Below are positions 35,147 to 47,454 of a stretch of DNA of 64,000 bases, piece after piece. Source of the DNA: Candidatus Woesearchaeota archaeon. GTDB lineage: Archaea; Nanobdellota; Nanobdellia; Woesearchaeales; GW2011-AR9. Where the stretch lies: positions 10,089 to 74,088 of the forward strand of contig JABJOX010000004.1 in assembly GCA_018664115.1 (NCBI GenBank). Direction: 5' to 3'. Both the position numbers and the translations under genes were made by a program. The notes beneath the pieces were generated by a model that saw only the letters and a list, made by a program, of their open reading frames with translations, was not told the DNA's origin and ran no database searches. Within the stretch, counting starts at the first letter, position 1; every line of letters begins with the position of its first letter.

Positions 35147-37099
35147 ATGGTTAGTATAATAACAATTATTTTGTTTTTCTTGTATACTTGGGGCTTAGGT
35201 TTTACAGTCACCTATTTCGTAAAACAATCTGAAAATACTTTAGAAAGACATTTGATGAATATTGGGATTGGTTTAGGTGTTTTCGCAATATTATCAATCA
35301 TTCTTAACTTTTTTCGAGTTCCATTGGATTGGAAAATATTTTTGGTTTTGAGTTTAATCATTCCGGTTTACGATTTAATTAAGAAGTATAAGAATAAACA
35401 ATTGTCTTTTCCAAATTTTAAATTAACTAAATCAAATCTTGCAATTTTGATTGTACTCTTAATTTTCTTAACTTCTTTTTACATTTATACTAAAGGTGCT
35501 TTTAGTTATCCTTATTTAGAAGATGAAGACCCTTGGGGCCATGCTATTGGAGTAAAATATGTTGCATTAGAAAAAGATGCTTATGACCCTCCATTAATTG
35601 GCGAGGACCTTCAGGGACAAGATTTAGTTCTTTCTTATATTGATCCTTATCCCCCCGCTTATGACGTTTTTTTAGGAATATTGCATCAAACATCTCCAGA
35701 TTTGACTTGGACCATGAAATTTTTTAATGCTTTAATAATTTCTTTGGGTTTCATTTTTTTCTTTTTTTTTGCCTGGCAATTTATAGGAAATAGGAATAAA
35801 GCTTTATTTGCAACTTTTATTTTGGCAGCAATTCCTTGTTATTTAAGCCATTTTATCTGGGCACATTCATTGGTTGTCACATTATTTTTTCCGACAATGT
35901 ACGCTTTTGAAATGATTAAAAAAGATAGAAAGTGGATGTTTGTTGCTTTAATTCTGGTTGCTGCAATTTGGGTTTCTCAAAATTTATCACAACCAATAAA
36001 AATCACAATGATGATTCTATTATATTTAATTGTTATTTCTATAGTTCAAAAGAAATTTTTCACAAAAGGTTTTATTGCTTTATTTGGAGGTATGATTTTG
36101 TCCCAAGTTTGGTGGGGCGCCATGGTGAAAAAATATACATTAAAAGGTTTTATTAGAATTTGGCAGGGGAATTTGTTAGATTCTGGAGGAACTTCTTCTT
36201 CAACTTTGATTAGCTTATCTAACAAACTCATTTCTGTTCTTCAATCAATCGTTAATCCTGGGGGAAGTGGATCAAGAGCTTATCTTTTTAATGATTTTTT
36301 TATTGCTAAATCTCAAAATATGATTAATAATCCAATCGGTGTTGGGATTGTTATTTCATTATTGGTTTTAATAGGATTTATCTTTGTAATCTGGAAACAC
36401 AAATCTGCTATTGTTAAATCAAAACAGACTTGGGTTATTGTTACTTTATTTTGGTTAATTTTCACTTTTTGGGGTGTAAATGGCCAAACTTTTCCTATCT
36501 CTGTTGCTCGAGGACCTTTTAGGATTTGGATGTTAATGGCTATTCCAATTGCTTTAATTTCTGTTGAAGGGTTGTACTTTGTTAAAGCATTATTCAAACA
36601 AAAACATTTGAAAATTTTAGTTGTAATTTTAGTTGTTACTGGAATTATTTTTACTTCCGCTCAACAAAAATATGAACATAATACTTCTATTTGGCCAACT
36701 TCTGGTTCTTATTCTGGTGCTCATCAGTCTGAACCTTTTGAATATGGTTTGTGGTTCAATTCAATTCCAGATACCACTTCTGTTTTTACATATTCTCCCC
36801 GAGATAAATTAACTATTGGTTATGGAAAATATAGTTGTGCTTGGTGTCAAAACATTTTGGATTTTAGAGAAAACATACTACATGAAAATGCAGAAGAACT
36901 TCATCAATTTTTAAAAGAAAATCAATATCAATTTTTAATAATTAATGCTCGAATGGAAAATAAATATTTCAAGGGTATATTTGGAGAAGAAGAAACAAAT
37001 AAATTGCTTCAAGTTCGTTATAATGAAATAATCAATTCGGAACTTTTTATTCCGGTTTATCAAAAAGAAAATATGTTTGTGGTGTTTGAAGTAAAATGA
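35147..37099 (+). CDS. Large polytopic membrane protein, putative GT-C-like glycosyltransferase
   Basis: 650 aa, more than 12 TM segments, acidic loop motif YPYLEDEDPWGH after the third TM, hydrophilic C-terminal domain. Confidence 0.4.
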   Translation: MVSIITIILFFLYTWGLGFTVTYFVKQSENTLERHLMNIGIGLGVFAILSIILNFFRVPLDWKIFLVLSLIIPVYDLIKKYKNKQLSFPNFKLTKSNLAILIVLLIFLTSFYIYTKGAFSYPYLEDEDPWGHAIGVKYVALEKDAYDPPLIGEDLQGQDLVLSYIDPYPPAYDVFLGILHQTSPDLTWTMKFFNALIISLGFIFFFFFAWQFIGNRNKALFATFILAAIPCYLSHFIWAHSLVVTLFFPTMYAFEMIKKDRKWMFVALILVAAIWVSQNLSQPIKITMMILLYLIVISIVQKKFFTKGFIALFGGMILSQVWWGAMVKKYTLKGFIRIWQGNLLDSGGTSSSTLISLSNKLISVLQSIVNPGGSGSRAYLFNDFFIAKSQNMINNPIGVGIVISLLVLIGFIFVIWKHKSAIVKSKQTWVIVTLFWLIFTFWGVNGQTFPISVARGPFRIWMLMAIPIALISVEGLYFVKALFKQKHLKILVVILVVTGIIFTSAQQKYEHNTSIWPTSGSYSGAHQSEPFEYGLWFNSIPDTTSVFTYSPRDKLTIGYGKYSCAWCQNILDFRENILHENAEELHQFLKENQYQFLIINARMENKYFKGIFGEEETNKLLQVRYNEIINSELFIPVYQKENMFVVFEVK

Positions 37100-37353
37100 A
37101 TGAAAAAATAAATTTATGGCAAAAAGGATTGTTGATTGCGTTATATGGTTTAATTATTTTAATGGTTATATTTTCAATTGGAGCTACAAAAAATCTTGGT
37201 GAAGATGGCTATAACAATTGTATTCAAAAAAAATGTGATAAAAAAGGAGAAGATTTTTGTCATAAATTTAGAGAAATAAATAATTGTTGTTTAGGTGCGG
37301 GAGGAAATGTTGCTCAATCAAATAGTGGTTTAATTTGTATTTTTGATAAATAA
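37096..37353 (+). CDS. Small membrane-anchored cysteine-rich protein (85 aa)
   Basis: N-terminal TM helix followed by 8 Cys in 50 residues (CIQKKCDKKGEDFCHKF...NNCCLGAGG...LICIF). ATGA overlap with the upstream gene. Confidence 0.4.
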   Translation: MNEKINLWQKGLLIALYGLIILMVIFSIGATKNLGEDGYNNCIQKKCDKKGEDFCHKFREINNCCLGAGGNVAQSNSGLICIFDK

Positions 37354-37405
37354 ACATAATATATAAATTAAAGCTTTATAAAAAATAAAATCATTAAACT
37401 GTAAT

Positions 37406-39133
37406 ATGAGATTTAATAAAAATAATTTTTACTTGATCTTAATTTTTTTGTTAGCATTAGTTATAAAAATAATTACTGCTTTTTATACTCCTCTTGATAC
37501 TGATGAAATGATTTATTCTCTTATTCCTCTTAATATCATTTCTGCAGAAAGATTAGGTAATGTTTTTCAATCTCATCTTTATTTTTATTTTGCAGATATT
37601 GGATACCAAATCGCAGGGGGTTTAAGTCCTTTTACAGCAAGGTTACCTTCGATTATTTTTGGTTCTTTTTTGGTATTTATTATATACCTGGTTGCTTTTA
37701 ATTTGTTTAAGAATAGAAAGGTTGCATTAACTTCTTCTTTTTTGTTTGCGCTTTCTGGATATGTGATTAGATACAATATTGAAACTGATATGCCCGCATT
37801 TTTTTTCAGCCTGTTAAGTATTTTATTTTTTATAAAAGGTTTACGTGGAGACTATAGAAATTTTTATTTATCCTCATTATTTCTTGCTTTTAGCGTACTT
37901 ATTAAAAATATTGTGCTTATATTTATTCCCGTATATTTACTCATTTTGATATTTTATTATTTTAAGAAGAAAACACCCCATTTAACTTTGAATAAAGCAA
38001 TTAAAGAATTATTTTTTAATAAGAAAATAATTTTGAGATCTCTCATATGTTGTAGTATATTTGTTTTAATTATATCACCCGTATTAATATATAATTATCT
38101 GATTTACAAATATAATGGATTTACAGATATTTATTTTGCTTCTTTTGGATTTGGAAAAGATCTTTATAGTAGTATTCAAAATAAACCTTGGAATTTATTA
38201 AAATTGACGGCTTCTGCTTCCAATTTTATTGTTAATTTTTTTAAGAAAGATGGAATTATTTTTATTTTTGGTTTATTTGGGGCTTTTTTTTCTTTTCGGA
38301 AAAATAAATATTTTACCTCTTTACTTTTACTTTCTTTAGTTACATTATTTGTTTTTGTTGGTGGAATTACTGGTGTTGGTTCTCACGCTCTTTGGGTTCC
38401 TATAGTATTAAGTATTTTTTCTGGTTATTCGTTAGTGTTAATTTCTAAAAAAGTTTCATCATTTTTTAATATTAAATTCTTTCTCAAAGGAATCTTAGTC
38501 ATTGCTTTAATACTTAGTATTTTTTCTATTAAAGAAGTAGTTGAATTGAGTAATCATTCTAGTACTCTTCAACTTTGGGATGTGGTTCACGAACAGATTC
38601 CTTCTAATGCAATTGTGGTTATGGATCCTCGTATTTATCGAGGATCATATGCTTGGGTTTTTAATGACCGAGATTATCTTGAAGGAACTCAATTCTTTAC
38701 TTTTTTAGAATATATTGAAAGTTCTTCTGAGGAGAAACAGAATATTCCTTTTTATTATATTGAGTGTAGGCCGGGAAGCTATTGTGGATGGAAGCCAGAA
38801 GATTTTAATAATATTGAAAGTTATAGTAAACAGTTAAGTGAATTTCTATTGCCAAAAATGAAGAAAATAGCAGAAATAAAATCAGAACATAATTATTGGA
38901 TTTATCAAGGTACAATTCTTGCACCAAAATTTGTTCATGAATCAATTATTAAACCGGAATTTTGGTTTTATCCAGTTGGGTGGTGGAAAAATAGTCAAAT
39001 TATTGATGATTACAATCCTGTTGGAATAGACATTTTATTTAATAAATTTGGATTTGTAATTTTTTATCTTACTGTTTTTTGTTCTTTATTAACTATTTTC
39101 TTTGTAATTTACTTAGTAATCACGGAAAAATGA
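37406..39133 (+). CDS. GT-C fold membrane glycosyltransferase (ArnT/PMT-like), paralog of 33596-35065
   Basis: 575 aa polytopic. First-loop motif YTPLDTDEMIYSL parallels LWTDEMVSL of the 489-aa protein. Confidence 0.55.
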   Translation: MRFNKNNFYLILIFLLALVIKIITAFYTPLDTDEMIYSLIPLNIISAERLGNVFQSHLYFYFADIGYQIAGGLSPFTARLPSIIFGSFLVFIIYLVAFNLFKNRKVALTSSFLFALSGYVIRYNIETDMPAFFFSLLSILFFIKGLRGDYRNFYLSSLFLAFSVLIKNIVLIFIPVYLLILIFYYFKKKTPHLTLNKAIKELFFNKKIILRSLICCSIFVLIISPVLIYNYLIYKYNGFTDIYFASFGFGKDLYSSIQNKPWNLLKLTASASNFIVNFFKKDGIIFIFGLFGAFFSFRKNKYFTSLLLLSLVTLFVFVGGITGVGSHALWVPIVLSIFSGYSLVLISKKVSSFFNIKFFLKGILVIALILSIFSIKEVVELSNHSSTLQLWDVVHEQIPSNAIVVMDPRIYRGSYAWVFNDRDYLEGTQFFTFLEYIESSSEEKQNIPFYYIECRPGSYCGWKPEDFNNIESYSKQLSEFLLPKMKKIAEIKSEHNYWIYQGTILAPKFVHESIIKPEFWFYPVGWWKNSQIIDDYNPVGIDILFNKFGFVIFYLTVFCSLLTIFFVIYLVITEK

Positions 39134-39201
39134 TCGTTAAAATACTTTGTTGATTCTTAAAGAAGATTTTTTTTGCTGTAATTTAAAGTTTAATTATTAA
39201 G

Positions 39202-39948
39202 TTATTTTCTTTCGCGATTATCTTCTTTTACAGTAGCTATTGCAAAAAGCCGATCTCCAATAGGAAAAATAAAATGATTTTCAAGATATTTATACCACCA
39301 ATACATTAGTTTGTTAACGATAGGATTTAGTTTTTCATAAGGGTACTCGTCTTTTTTTGTGATCTTTAAATAAATACTTGCAAAAAGCATTAAGAAGTTA
39401 TAATATTTAAGTTTAATATCTTTATATCCTGCGGATTTTAATTTAAGATATAACATTTTTTTTGTATAGCGTCTAACATGACCAATACGCCGATCCCTTT
39501 CGGTGAATAAACAATTAAATGTTGGTTTATCAGTTATCATAATTTTACCATTATGTTTTAATAGCCTTCTAGCTGCTGCCATCATTGCGACATCATCTTC
39601 AATATGCTCAAGAACACCAGCAAATAGTATTCCATCAAACTTATCTTTAGTTTCAAATTCTTCTATTCTCTTAATCTCAAAATTAATTTGAATACCATTT
39701 TCTTCTGCTTTTTTTTTAGCTAAAGCAATTAAAGGTTCACTAACATCTATTCCCGTAACATCAAATCCACTTTTAGCTAAATGCACTGTTACTTTTCCAA
39801 GACCACAACCAACATCAAGGACACGATTTATATTTTCTTTTTTAAGAATTTTAGCAATAATTTTAGCTCGTTGTTCATTATAAAAAGGTGTTTCTTTATC
39901 TAAACTCATCTCTGCAAGTTCAGTTTCATGTTGCTCTTTTTCATTCAT
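39202..39948 (-). CDS. Class I SAM-dependent methyltransferase
   Basis: VLDVGCGLGKVTVHLAKSGFDVTGIDVSE (motif I/II), GILFAGVLEH. Confidence 0.8.
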   Translation of the reverse strand: MNEKEQHETELAEMSLDKETPFYNEQRAKIIAKILKKENINRVLDVGCGLGKVTVHLAKSGFDVTGIDVSEPLIALAKKKAEENGIQINFEIKRIEEFETKDKFDGILFAGVLEHIEDDVAMMAAARRLLKHNGKIMITDKPTFNCLFTERDRRIGHVRRYTKKMLYLKLKSAGYKDIKLKYYNFLMLFASIYLKITKKDEYPYEKLNPIVNKLMYWWYKYLENHFIFPIGDRLFAIATVKEDNRERK

Positions 39949-40147
39949 GGTTTTTTCTTCCTAAGTTAAAGTATTTAAATTTATTGGTTTAATCGTTTAT
40001 GTTTTTAGGAAGAGAAAAGAACATTTTGATTCTTAATATCTTCTCCATTCCCACAACCTTTTTATATAAAGATTGGATTGAGACTTTATTGATTAGGATA
40101 TTTATTAAAACATTAGTGTAAAGATCAATTAAAATTGGCAGTTTAAA

Positions 40148-40618
40148 GTGGAAAATTCAATAGAAAGAATTGAACGTAATGGTAAGATTCTCGCAATTGT
40201 TACTCGAGCAAAAGCATTGCAAGAATTGGAACAATCTGGTAAAAGCATGCTATTTGTTAGTCCGGACGAATTTTCATTTCAAGTTGGAATACATAATCGA
40301 CCAAAGGGCGATATTTGCACTCCTCATGTCCATATTCCTTTCTCTCAACTTACAAACTTTCCAGTGCAAGAATTTTTTTATATAATCTCAGGTAGTGTTA
40401 AAATTGATATTTATAATCCTGATGATAACAATTATGATCTTAAAGTTTCTGAAGTAACAATCAATGAGGGAGATTCTATAATTCTTAATTGTGGCCATGG
40501 CTTTACTTTCTTGGAAGATAATACTAAAGTGATTGAATTGAAACAAGGCCCTTATCGGGGCCGAGAGAACGAGAAACGAGATGTTAAAGAAACAAATAAA
40601 GAAGGTGATTACATATGA
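40148..40618 (+). CDS. Cupin-fold protein, putative NDP-sugar 3,4-ketoisomerase (FdtA/QdtA/WxcM-like). GTG start.
   Basis: About 150 aa with a cupin-like His pattern (TPHVHIPF...GHGFTF). Its stop overlaps the start of the DegT aminotransferase (ATGA). FdtA-FdtB-like gene order. Confidence 0.5.
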   Translation: MENSIERIERNGKILAIVTRAKALQELEQSGKSMLFVSPDEFSFQVGIHNRPKGDICTPHVHIPFSQLTNFPVQEFFYIISGSVKIDIYNPDDNNYDLKVSEVTINEGDSIILNCGHGFTFLEDNTKVIELKQGPYRGRENEKRDVKETNKEGDYI

Positions 40619-41781
40619 GTCAAGATTTTATCCCTGTTTGTGAACCCACTCTGAGTGGAAATGAATTAAAATATGTTACTGAAGCTGTGCAAACTGGTTG
40701 GATTTCTTCCGGCGGATCTTTCTTAAAACAGTTTGAAGAAAAGTTTGCTGCTTATTGTGGTGTCAAACATGGAATTAGTTGTACAAATGGAACAACTGCT
40801 TTACATTTGGCGATTGAAGCTTTGGGTATTGGTAAGAGTGATGAAGTTATTACTCCTACATTTACCATGGCTGCCTCTTCCAATGCGATCATTTATTCAG
40901 GGGCTAAACCCGTACTTATTGATTCTGAATTAGATACTTGGAACATGGACATCAATAAGATTGAAGAAAAAATTACCGAGAAAACAAAAGCAATCATGGT
41001 GGTCCATACTTATGGCCATCCTGTTGATATGGATAGAGTAAAAGAAATTGCTGACAGATACAATTTGTTTATTATTGAAGATGCTGCTGAAGCGCATGGT
41101 GCCGAATATAAAGGAAGAAAAGCTGGCAGTTTAAGCGATGTGGCTTGTTTTAGTTTTTATGCTAATAAAATTATTACTACTGGAGAAGGTGGGATGGTTA
41201 TTACAAACAATGACAAAATTGCCGAAGAAGCCAGAAAATTAAGAAACCATTATTTTGGCGAACCAAGATTTTTGCATCAGAAAGTAGGATATAATCATCG
41301 CTTGACAAATCTTCAAGCAGCTATTGGTCTTGCTCAAGTTGAGAAATTAGATGATTATGTTGGGATGAGAAGAAATAATGCTCATCTTTACAATGAACTG
41401 CTTAAAGATGTTCCAGGGATAACTTTACCGCCAGAAAAAGATTGGGCCAAGAATGTTTATTGGATGTATGGAGTTTTAGTACAACCAGAATTTGGAATGA
41501 CTATGCCCGAACTTTGTAAAAAATTAAAAGAAAGAGGAATTGATACTAGAACTTTCTTTATTGGGATGCATAAACAACCTGCTTATTTTGGCGATGATCC
41601 AAGATTTCCTGACACTACTGGAAATTATCCCGGTTCAGATGAATTAGAAGCTAAAGGATTCTATTTGCCTTCTACTAGCCATTTAACTAATAAGCAAATA
41701 ATTTTCATTGTTAATCAGATAAAAGAGATTCAGGAAGATAATAGAGAAAGGAATAGAGAAGAGAATGCAACTAAACAATAA
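40615..41781 (+). CDS. DegT/DnrJ/EryC1/StrS-family PLP-dependent sugar aminotransferase (ArnB/FdtB-like)
   Basis: GWISSGGSFLKQFEEKFA...NGTTALHLA...HTYGHP...FSFYANKIITTGEGG (PLP-Lys region). Confidence 0.9.
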   Translation: MSQDFIPVCEPTLSGNELKYVTEAVQTGWISSGGSFLKQFEEKFAAYCGVKHGISCTNGTTALHLAIEALGIGKSDEVITPTFTMAASSNAIIYSGAKPVLIDSELDTWNMDINKIEEKITEKTKAIMVVHTYGHPVDMDRVKEIADRYNLFIIEDAAEAHGAEYKGRKAGSLSDVACFSFYANKIITTGEGGMVITNNDKIAEEARKLRNHYFGEPRFLHQKVGYNHRLTNLQAAIGLAQVEKLDDYVGMRRNNAHLYNELLKDVPGITLPPEKDWAKNVYWMYGVLVQPEFGMTMPELCKKLKERGIDTRTFFIGMHKQPAYFGDDPRFPDTTGNYPGSDELEAKGFYLPSTSHLTNKQIIFIVNQIKEIQEDNRERNREENATKQ

Positions 41782-42493
41782 TCTTAACGAATTTAAAGTT
41801 TCTGTAGTTCTTCCTTCTTATAATGAAAGAGATAGTATTGTAGAAGCGATTAATCGAATCAACAATGCTGTTGGTGAGCAATTATTAGAAATTATCATCG
41901 TTGATGACAATTCTCCTGATTTAACTTGGAAATTGCTTGAAGAACTAAATCATCCAAAAGTAAAACTTATTCGTAGAATTAATGAAAAAGGTTTAGCTTC
42001 ATCTTTAGATGATGGGATCAGAGCTGCTCAGGGTGATGTAATTGTTTGGTTAGATGCTGATTTAGGATTATCTCCAGAAGAGATTCCGGGCTTGGTATCT
42101 CAATTAAATAAATATGATGTTGCGATTGGTTCGAGGTATGTTAAAGGTGGTAAAGACCCTCGACCAGCATTTAGAGTTTTTGTTAGCATTCTAATAAATC
42201 TTTATGCAATGACTTTTTTAGGTTTTGGAGTGAGAGATTATACTTCTGGATTTGCTGCTGTCCGCAAAGAAGTGTTTGATAAAGTTCATTTTTCTAGGAA
42301 AGGTTTTGGAGAATATTTCATTGATTTTGCTTACAAATCAAAAAAAGCAGGATATAAAATTATTGAAATGCCTTGCGTTTATCAAGTTCGTTCTGGCGGA
42401 GTATCTAAATCAGATGGTGATTTAGGAACATTATTTAGCTTGGGAAAAGATTATGGTTTAAGAGTCTTAAAATTAAGATTTGGAAAAGATTAG
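41765..42493 (+). CDS. Polyprenyl-phosphate glycosyltransferase (GT2, Dpm1/GtrB-like)
   Basis: VSVVLPSYNERDSI...IIVDDNSPDLTWKLL...VWLDADLGLSPEE. Immediately followed by a GtrA-like gene. Confidence 0.8.
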   Translation: MQLNNNLNEFKVSVVLPSYNERDSIVEAINRINNAVGEQLLEIIIVDDNSPDLTWKLLEELNHPKVKLIRRINEKGLASSLDDGIRAAQGDVIVWLDADLGLSPEEIPGLVSQLNKYDVAIGSRYVKGGKDPRPAFRVFVSILINLYAMTFLGFGVRDYTSGFAAVRKEVFDKVHFSRKGFGEYFIDFAYKSKKAGYKIIEMPCVYQVRSGGVSKSDGDLGTLFSLGKDYGLRVLKLRFGKD

Positions 42494-42495
42494 CT

Positions 42496-42930
42496 TTGGT
42501 TAAAAATATGAATTACACAAAAAGCAATGAATTAGGTCAAAATTATTTTAATCCTAAGATATTAAACTCAAACTATTTTCGTTATTTTAAATTTTTAATT
42601 GGCGGAGGATTAAGTTTACTTTTAAATTTATTTATCACTTTTATTTTAACCGAATATGTTCATATTTGGTATATGGCTTCATTTGCAATTGCTTTAGGCA
42701 TGGAAATATTTTTTTTATTTTTATATCACTCTGTAATCACATTTAAGAAAAAAGGTAATTTTATTTTATTTTTTCTTATCATCTTATTTATCAGCGACTT
42801 AAATTGGATTTTAGTTTATTTAACTACTGAATTATTAAATTGGCACTATTTATTTGCCATTGTAATTGTTGCGGGCACTGTTTCAATTATTAATTTTCTA
42901 TTTAACAAATATTTTGTCTTTAAAGTGTGA
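42496..42930 (+). CDS. GtrA-family small membrane protein (4 TM)
   Basis: 144 aa, 4 hydrophobic helices, FKFLIGGGLS...NFLFNKYFVF typical of the GtrA family, paired with a GtrB-like GT2. Confidence 0.7.
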   Translation: MVKNMNYTKSNELGQNYFNPKILNSNYFRYFKFLIGGGLSLLLNLFITFILTEYVHIWYMASFAIALGMEIFFLFLYHSVITFKKKGNFILFFLIILFISDLNWILVYLTTELLNWHYLFAIVIVAGTVSIINFLFNKYFVFKV

Positions 42931-43006
42931 AACTTTCCTAAATATTCTTTTTAAGTGTTAGAGAACAGAAAACTTTATAATATTTAGATAAGGGTATGTC
43001 TTTAAT

Positions 43007-44308
43007 ATGGACAATCAACAAAACGAGGTTGGAAATGAGACTAAATTAAGTCCTGATAATCAAATCCCTACTGCTTATACTACAAGAACAACTTGCCGAG
43101 TTTGTAATTCAGATAAGTTAACATTCTTATTCACTCTTGGAGATCAATACATTAACGATTTCCCAAGAAAAGAAGATTTTCACAAACTTAGAAAAGCACC
43201 TTTAGAAATGATTTTTTGTGAGAACTGTTCATTAGTACAATTGAAACATACTGCTCCTCAAGAATTGCTTTATACTGGTTTTTATTGGTACAAGTCTGGC
43301 GTTACAGAAACGATGATTAAAGCGCTTAAAGAGATCGCTAATCTTGCTGAACAAAGATTCAATCTTCAGTCTGGTGACGTTATGCTTGACATCGGCAGTA
43401 ATGATGGCACTCTTTTGCGACAATTTACTGTTCCGGGATTAATCACTGTTGGTGTAGAACCAGCAACTAATTTGGCTGAGGAAGGTAGCAAAGGAATAAC
43501 TCATTTAATTAACGATTTTTGGATTTATGATAAATATTTTTCCGTTGTGGGCAAGAAAGCTAAAGTAATTACAGCTTTAGGCATGTTTTATGATATGGAA
43601 GACCCTAATCAATTTATTGCTGATGCTGAAAAAGCTTTAACTGATGATGGCGTTTTCATTGCGCAATTAATGTGCCTAAAAAACATGTTGGATAGTAATG
43701 ATGTGGGCAATATTTGTCACGAACATTTAGAATATTATTCTTTTGCTTCTCTTGAATATCTTTTCGGACAGAACGGTTTAGAAATTTTTGATATTGAAAT
43801 AAATAATGTTAATGGTGGTAGTTACAGGTTATATGCAAAAAAGAAAGGTGCAATGATCAATATTCCAGAAGGGGCTGCAGAAAGAATAGCTCAAGTTAAA
43901 GAAGAAGAAAAAGACTTTCAGGATAAGAAAGTTTATCAAGATTTTTTTCAGAGATTAGAAGATAATAAGAAGAGATGTGTTGATTTTATCAAACAGGAAA
44001 CTGCTAAAGGCAAGAAAGTTTGGGTTTTTGGCGCTTCTACTAAAGGCAATGTTATTTTACAATATTATGGTTTAGATGATTCATTGATTACTGCTGCTTC
44101 TGAACGAAGTCCTTGGAAATTTGGACGATATACGGTAGGAACAAATGTCCCTATTGTTTCAGAAGAAGAAGCTAGGAAAGCTCAACCTGATTATTTTTTA
44201 GTATTACCTTATGCTTTTTTTAATGAGATGTATGCTCGTGAAACAGAATGGAGACTAAAAGGTGGGAAATGGATTGTTCCTTTACCAGAATTTAGAGTTG
44301 TTGATTAA
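43007..44308 (+). CDS. SAM-dependent methyltransferase of the NDP-hexose C-methyltransferase (TylCIII-like) architecture
   Basis: N-terminal putative Zn-ribbon (CRVCNSD...CENC), SAM motif LDIGSNDGTLL and a long C-terminal domain, 433 aa. Confidence 0.6.
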   Translation: MDNQQNEVGNETKLSPDNQIPTAYTTRTTCRVCNSDKLTFLFTLGDQYINDFPRKEDFHKLRKAPLEMIFCENCSLVQLKHTAPQELLYTGFYWYKSGVTETMIKALKEIANLAEQRFNLQSGDVMLDIGSNDGTLLRQFTVPGLITVGVEPATNLAEEGSKGITHLINDFWIYDKYFSVVGKKAKVITALGMFYDMEDPNQFIADAEKALTDDGVFIAQLMCLKNMLDSNDVGNICHEHLEYYSFASLEYLFGQNGLEIFDIEINNVNGGSYRLYAKKKGAMINIPEGAAERIAQVKEEEKDFQDKKVYQDFFQRLEDNKKRCVDFIKQETAKGKKVWVFGASTKGNVILQYYGLDDSLITAASERSPWKFGRYTVGTNVPIVSEEEARKAQPDYFLVLPYAFFNEMYARETEWRLKGGKWIVPLPEFRVVD

Positions 44309-44310
44309 AA

Positions 44311-45946
<1,636 letters not shown>

Positions 45947-46013
45947 TTTTTTCTTACTAACAAATAGTTATTGTTTCAAAAGATTTATAAACTAAAAGTT
46001 TTCTAATTAATTT

Positions 46014-46460
46014 ATGGTTGAACACTCTAAAAAACACGATGTTTGTGGATATATTCGAAGAATATCTGGAATGGATGATAAATTAGAAGAATTCTTAACA
46101 AGTACTGAAAGAGAACAGTATAATACCCGTAGACAAAGAAAAGGTGTAAACAAAATTGCTAAAGAAGTATTTAAAGACTGTGGGTTGGGATATCAACTGA
46201 ATAGATGTTTTGGATATCCAGCAAATAATACTCGGATTTTACCTTTAGATGATCTTGCTAAAGTTTTGTATCAAGTTGGTGTTGCTTCATCTGTTGAAGA
46301 AGGAAAAGAAATTATTCCTGAACTTACTAAACTTCCTGAAAACACATTAAAATTTAGGGAGGGTGGTCCTCGCTTACTTTTTAAAGAAGCAACTACTTCA
46401 AATGGTTTAGAAGGAGAAGTGAAGTATGGGGTAGTAATAAGTTCAGACCATCTCGAATAA
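46014..46460 (+). CDS. Hypothetical protein (148 aa)
   Basis: ORF only. Confidence 0.35.
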   Translation: MVEHSKKHDVCGYIRRISGMDDKLEEFLTSTEREQYNTRRQRKGVNKIAKEVFKDCGLGYQLNRCFGYPANNTRILPLDDLAKVLYQVGVASSVEEGKEIIPELTKLPENTLKFREGGPRLLFKEATTSNGLEGEVKYGVVISSDHLE

Positions 46461-46497
46461 ATTATCATTAAAGAAACATTCTATGAGGTAAATAAAA

Positions 46498-47448
46498 ATG
46501 ACAAATACAAATGATTTTCAAGTTGAAGAAGTAAACTATTTTGATTATGTAACGACGGTACCTATAATTGAAAAACGGTTAAGAAAAAGTTTATCAAGAG
46601 AACTTATTAGTCATTGGTGTGTTGATCACATGTTCACAAAAGAGGGATTATGTGCAGCTAATCCTGATGACATTTCTCAATCAAGAGACTTTCAATGGCA
46701 TATTGATAATGTTATTAATCCTCTGGTGAAGAGTGGAGAGATTAGTGATGGTAGTGATTCTCCATTTGATGATCGGAAATTAAGATATAATACTCCAACA
46801 CTTATTCCATTATCATCAGTCAGAGATCGAACTTCATTTACCTTACCTTTTGGAATAACTCACTACAAAGCTTTCCAAGCCGATCAAAATAGAAGTGATG
46901 AAGAAAATTTAGCTCTTCAAAAGAGAGGTGAAGAATTGTTTGGTGATAAATACGCTTTCTTTTCCAGAGCACCAGGAATTGCTGTTCTTCCCATAACTAA
47001 AGAAGGTTCTGTTTTTATTGGAGAAAGAACAAATGAAGATGCTAAAGGGTTACTAAATGCAGTTGCCGGACATTTAAAATATCGTCATCCAGAAAAAGTT
47101 GATTTGAATGAAGATTTATTAGCAGAAATGGAAGAAGAGTTTGGATTATTAGAATCCTCTTTGATTGAACGTCCATTTTTTGCTGGTGTTTATTCAAATC
47201 CAATTAAAGGCGATTTAGATTTCACTTATATTGCTCAAACAGATGCTCCTGATGAGTACTTTTCTTCAGGTAGATGGATGGAAAAAGTTTCTGAAAGAGA
47301 ACATAAACCTTTAATTCAATTAAGTTCAATGAGTGATGTTCAACGTATATTAGATACTGGTAAAGTGCCAGATGGTAGAGAATTTGATATCATGTACTCT
47401 ACTCGTGGAGCTTTAATGAGTCTTAAACCAGGAGAATTAAGAGACTAA
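46498..47448 (+). CDS. Hypothetical protein (316 aa) with a weak Nudix-box-like segment (…AEMEEEFGL)
   Basis: GHLKYRHPEKVDLNEDLLAEMEEEFGL loosely resembles GX5EX7REUXEEXGU with altered spacing. Its position between the gmd paralogs recalls gmm, but the match is weak. Confidence 0.35.
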   Translation: MTNTNDFQVEEVNYFDYVTTVPIIEKRLRKSLSRELISHWCVDHMFTKEGLCAANPDDISQSRDFQWHIDNVINPLVKSGEISDGSDSPFDDRKLRYNTPTLIPLSSVRDRTSFTLPFGITHYKAFQADQNRSDEENLALQKRGEELFGDKYAFFSRAPGIAVLPITKEGSVFIGERTNEDAKGLLNAVAGHLKYRHPEKVDLNEDLLAEMEEEFGLLESSLIERPFFAGVYSNPIKGDLDFTYIAQTDAPDEYFSSGRWMEKVSEREHKPLIQLSSMSDVQRILDTGKVPDGREFDIMYSTRGALMSLKPGELRD

Positions 47449-47454
47449 TAATCT

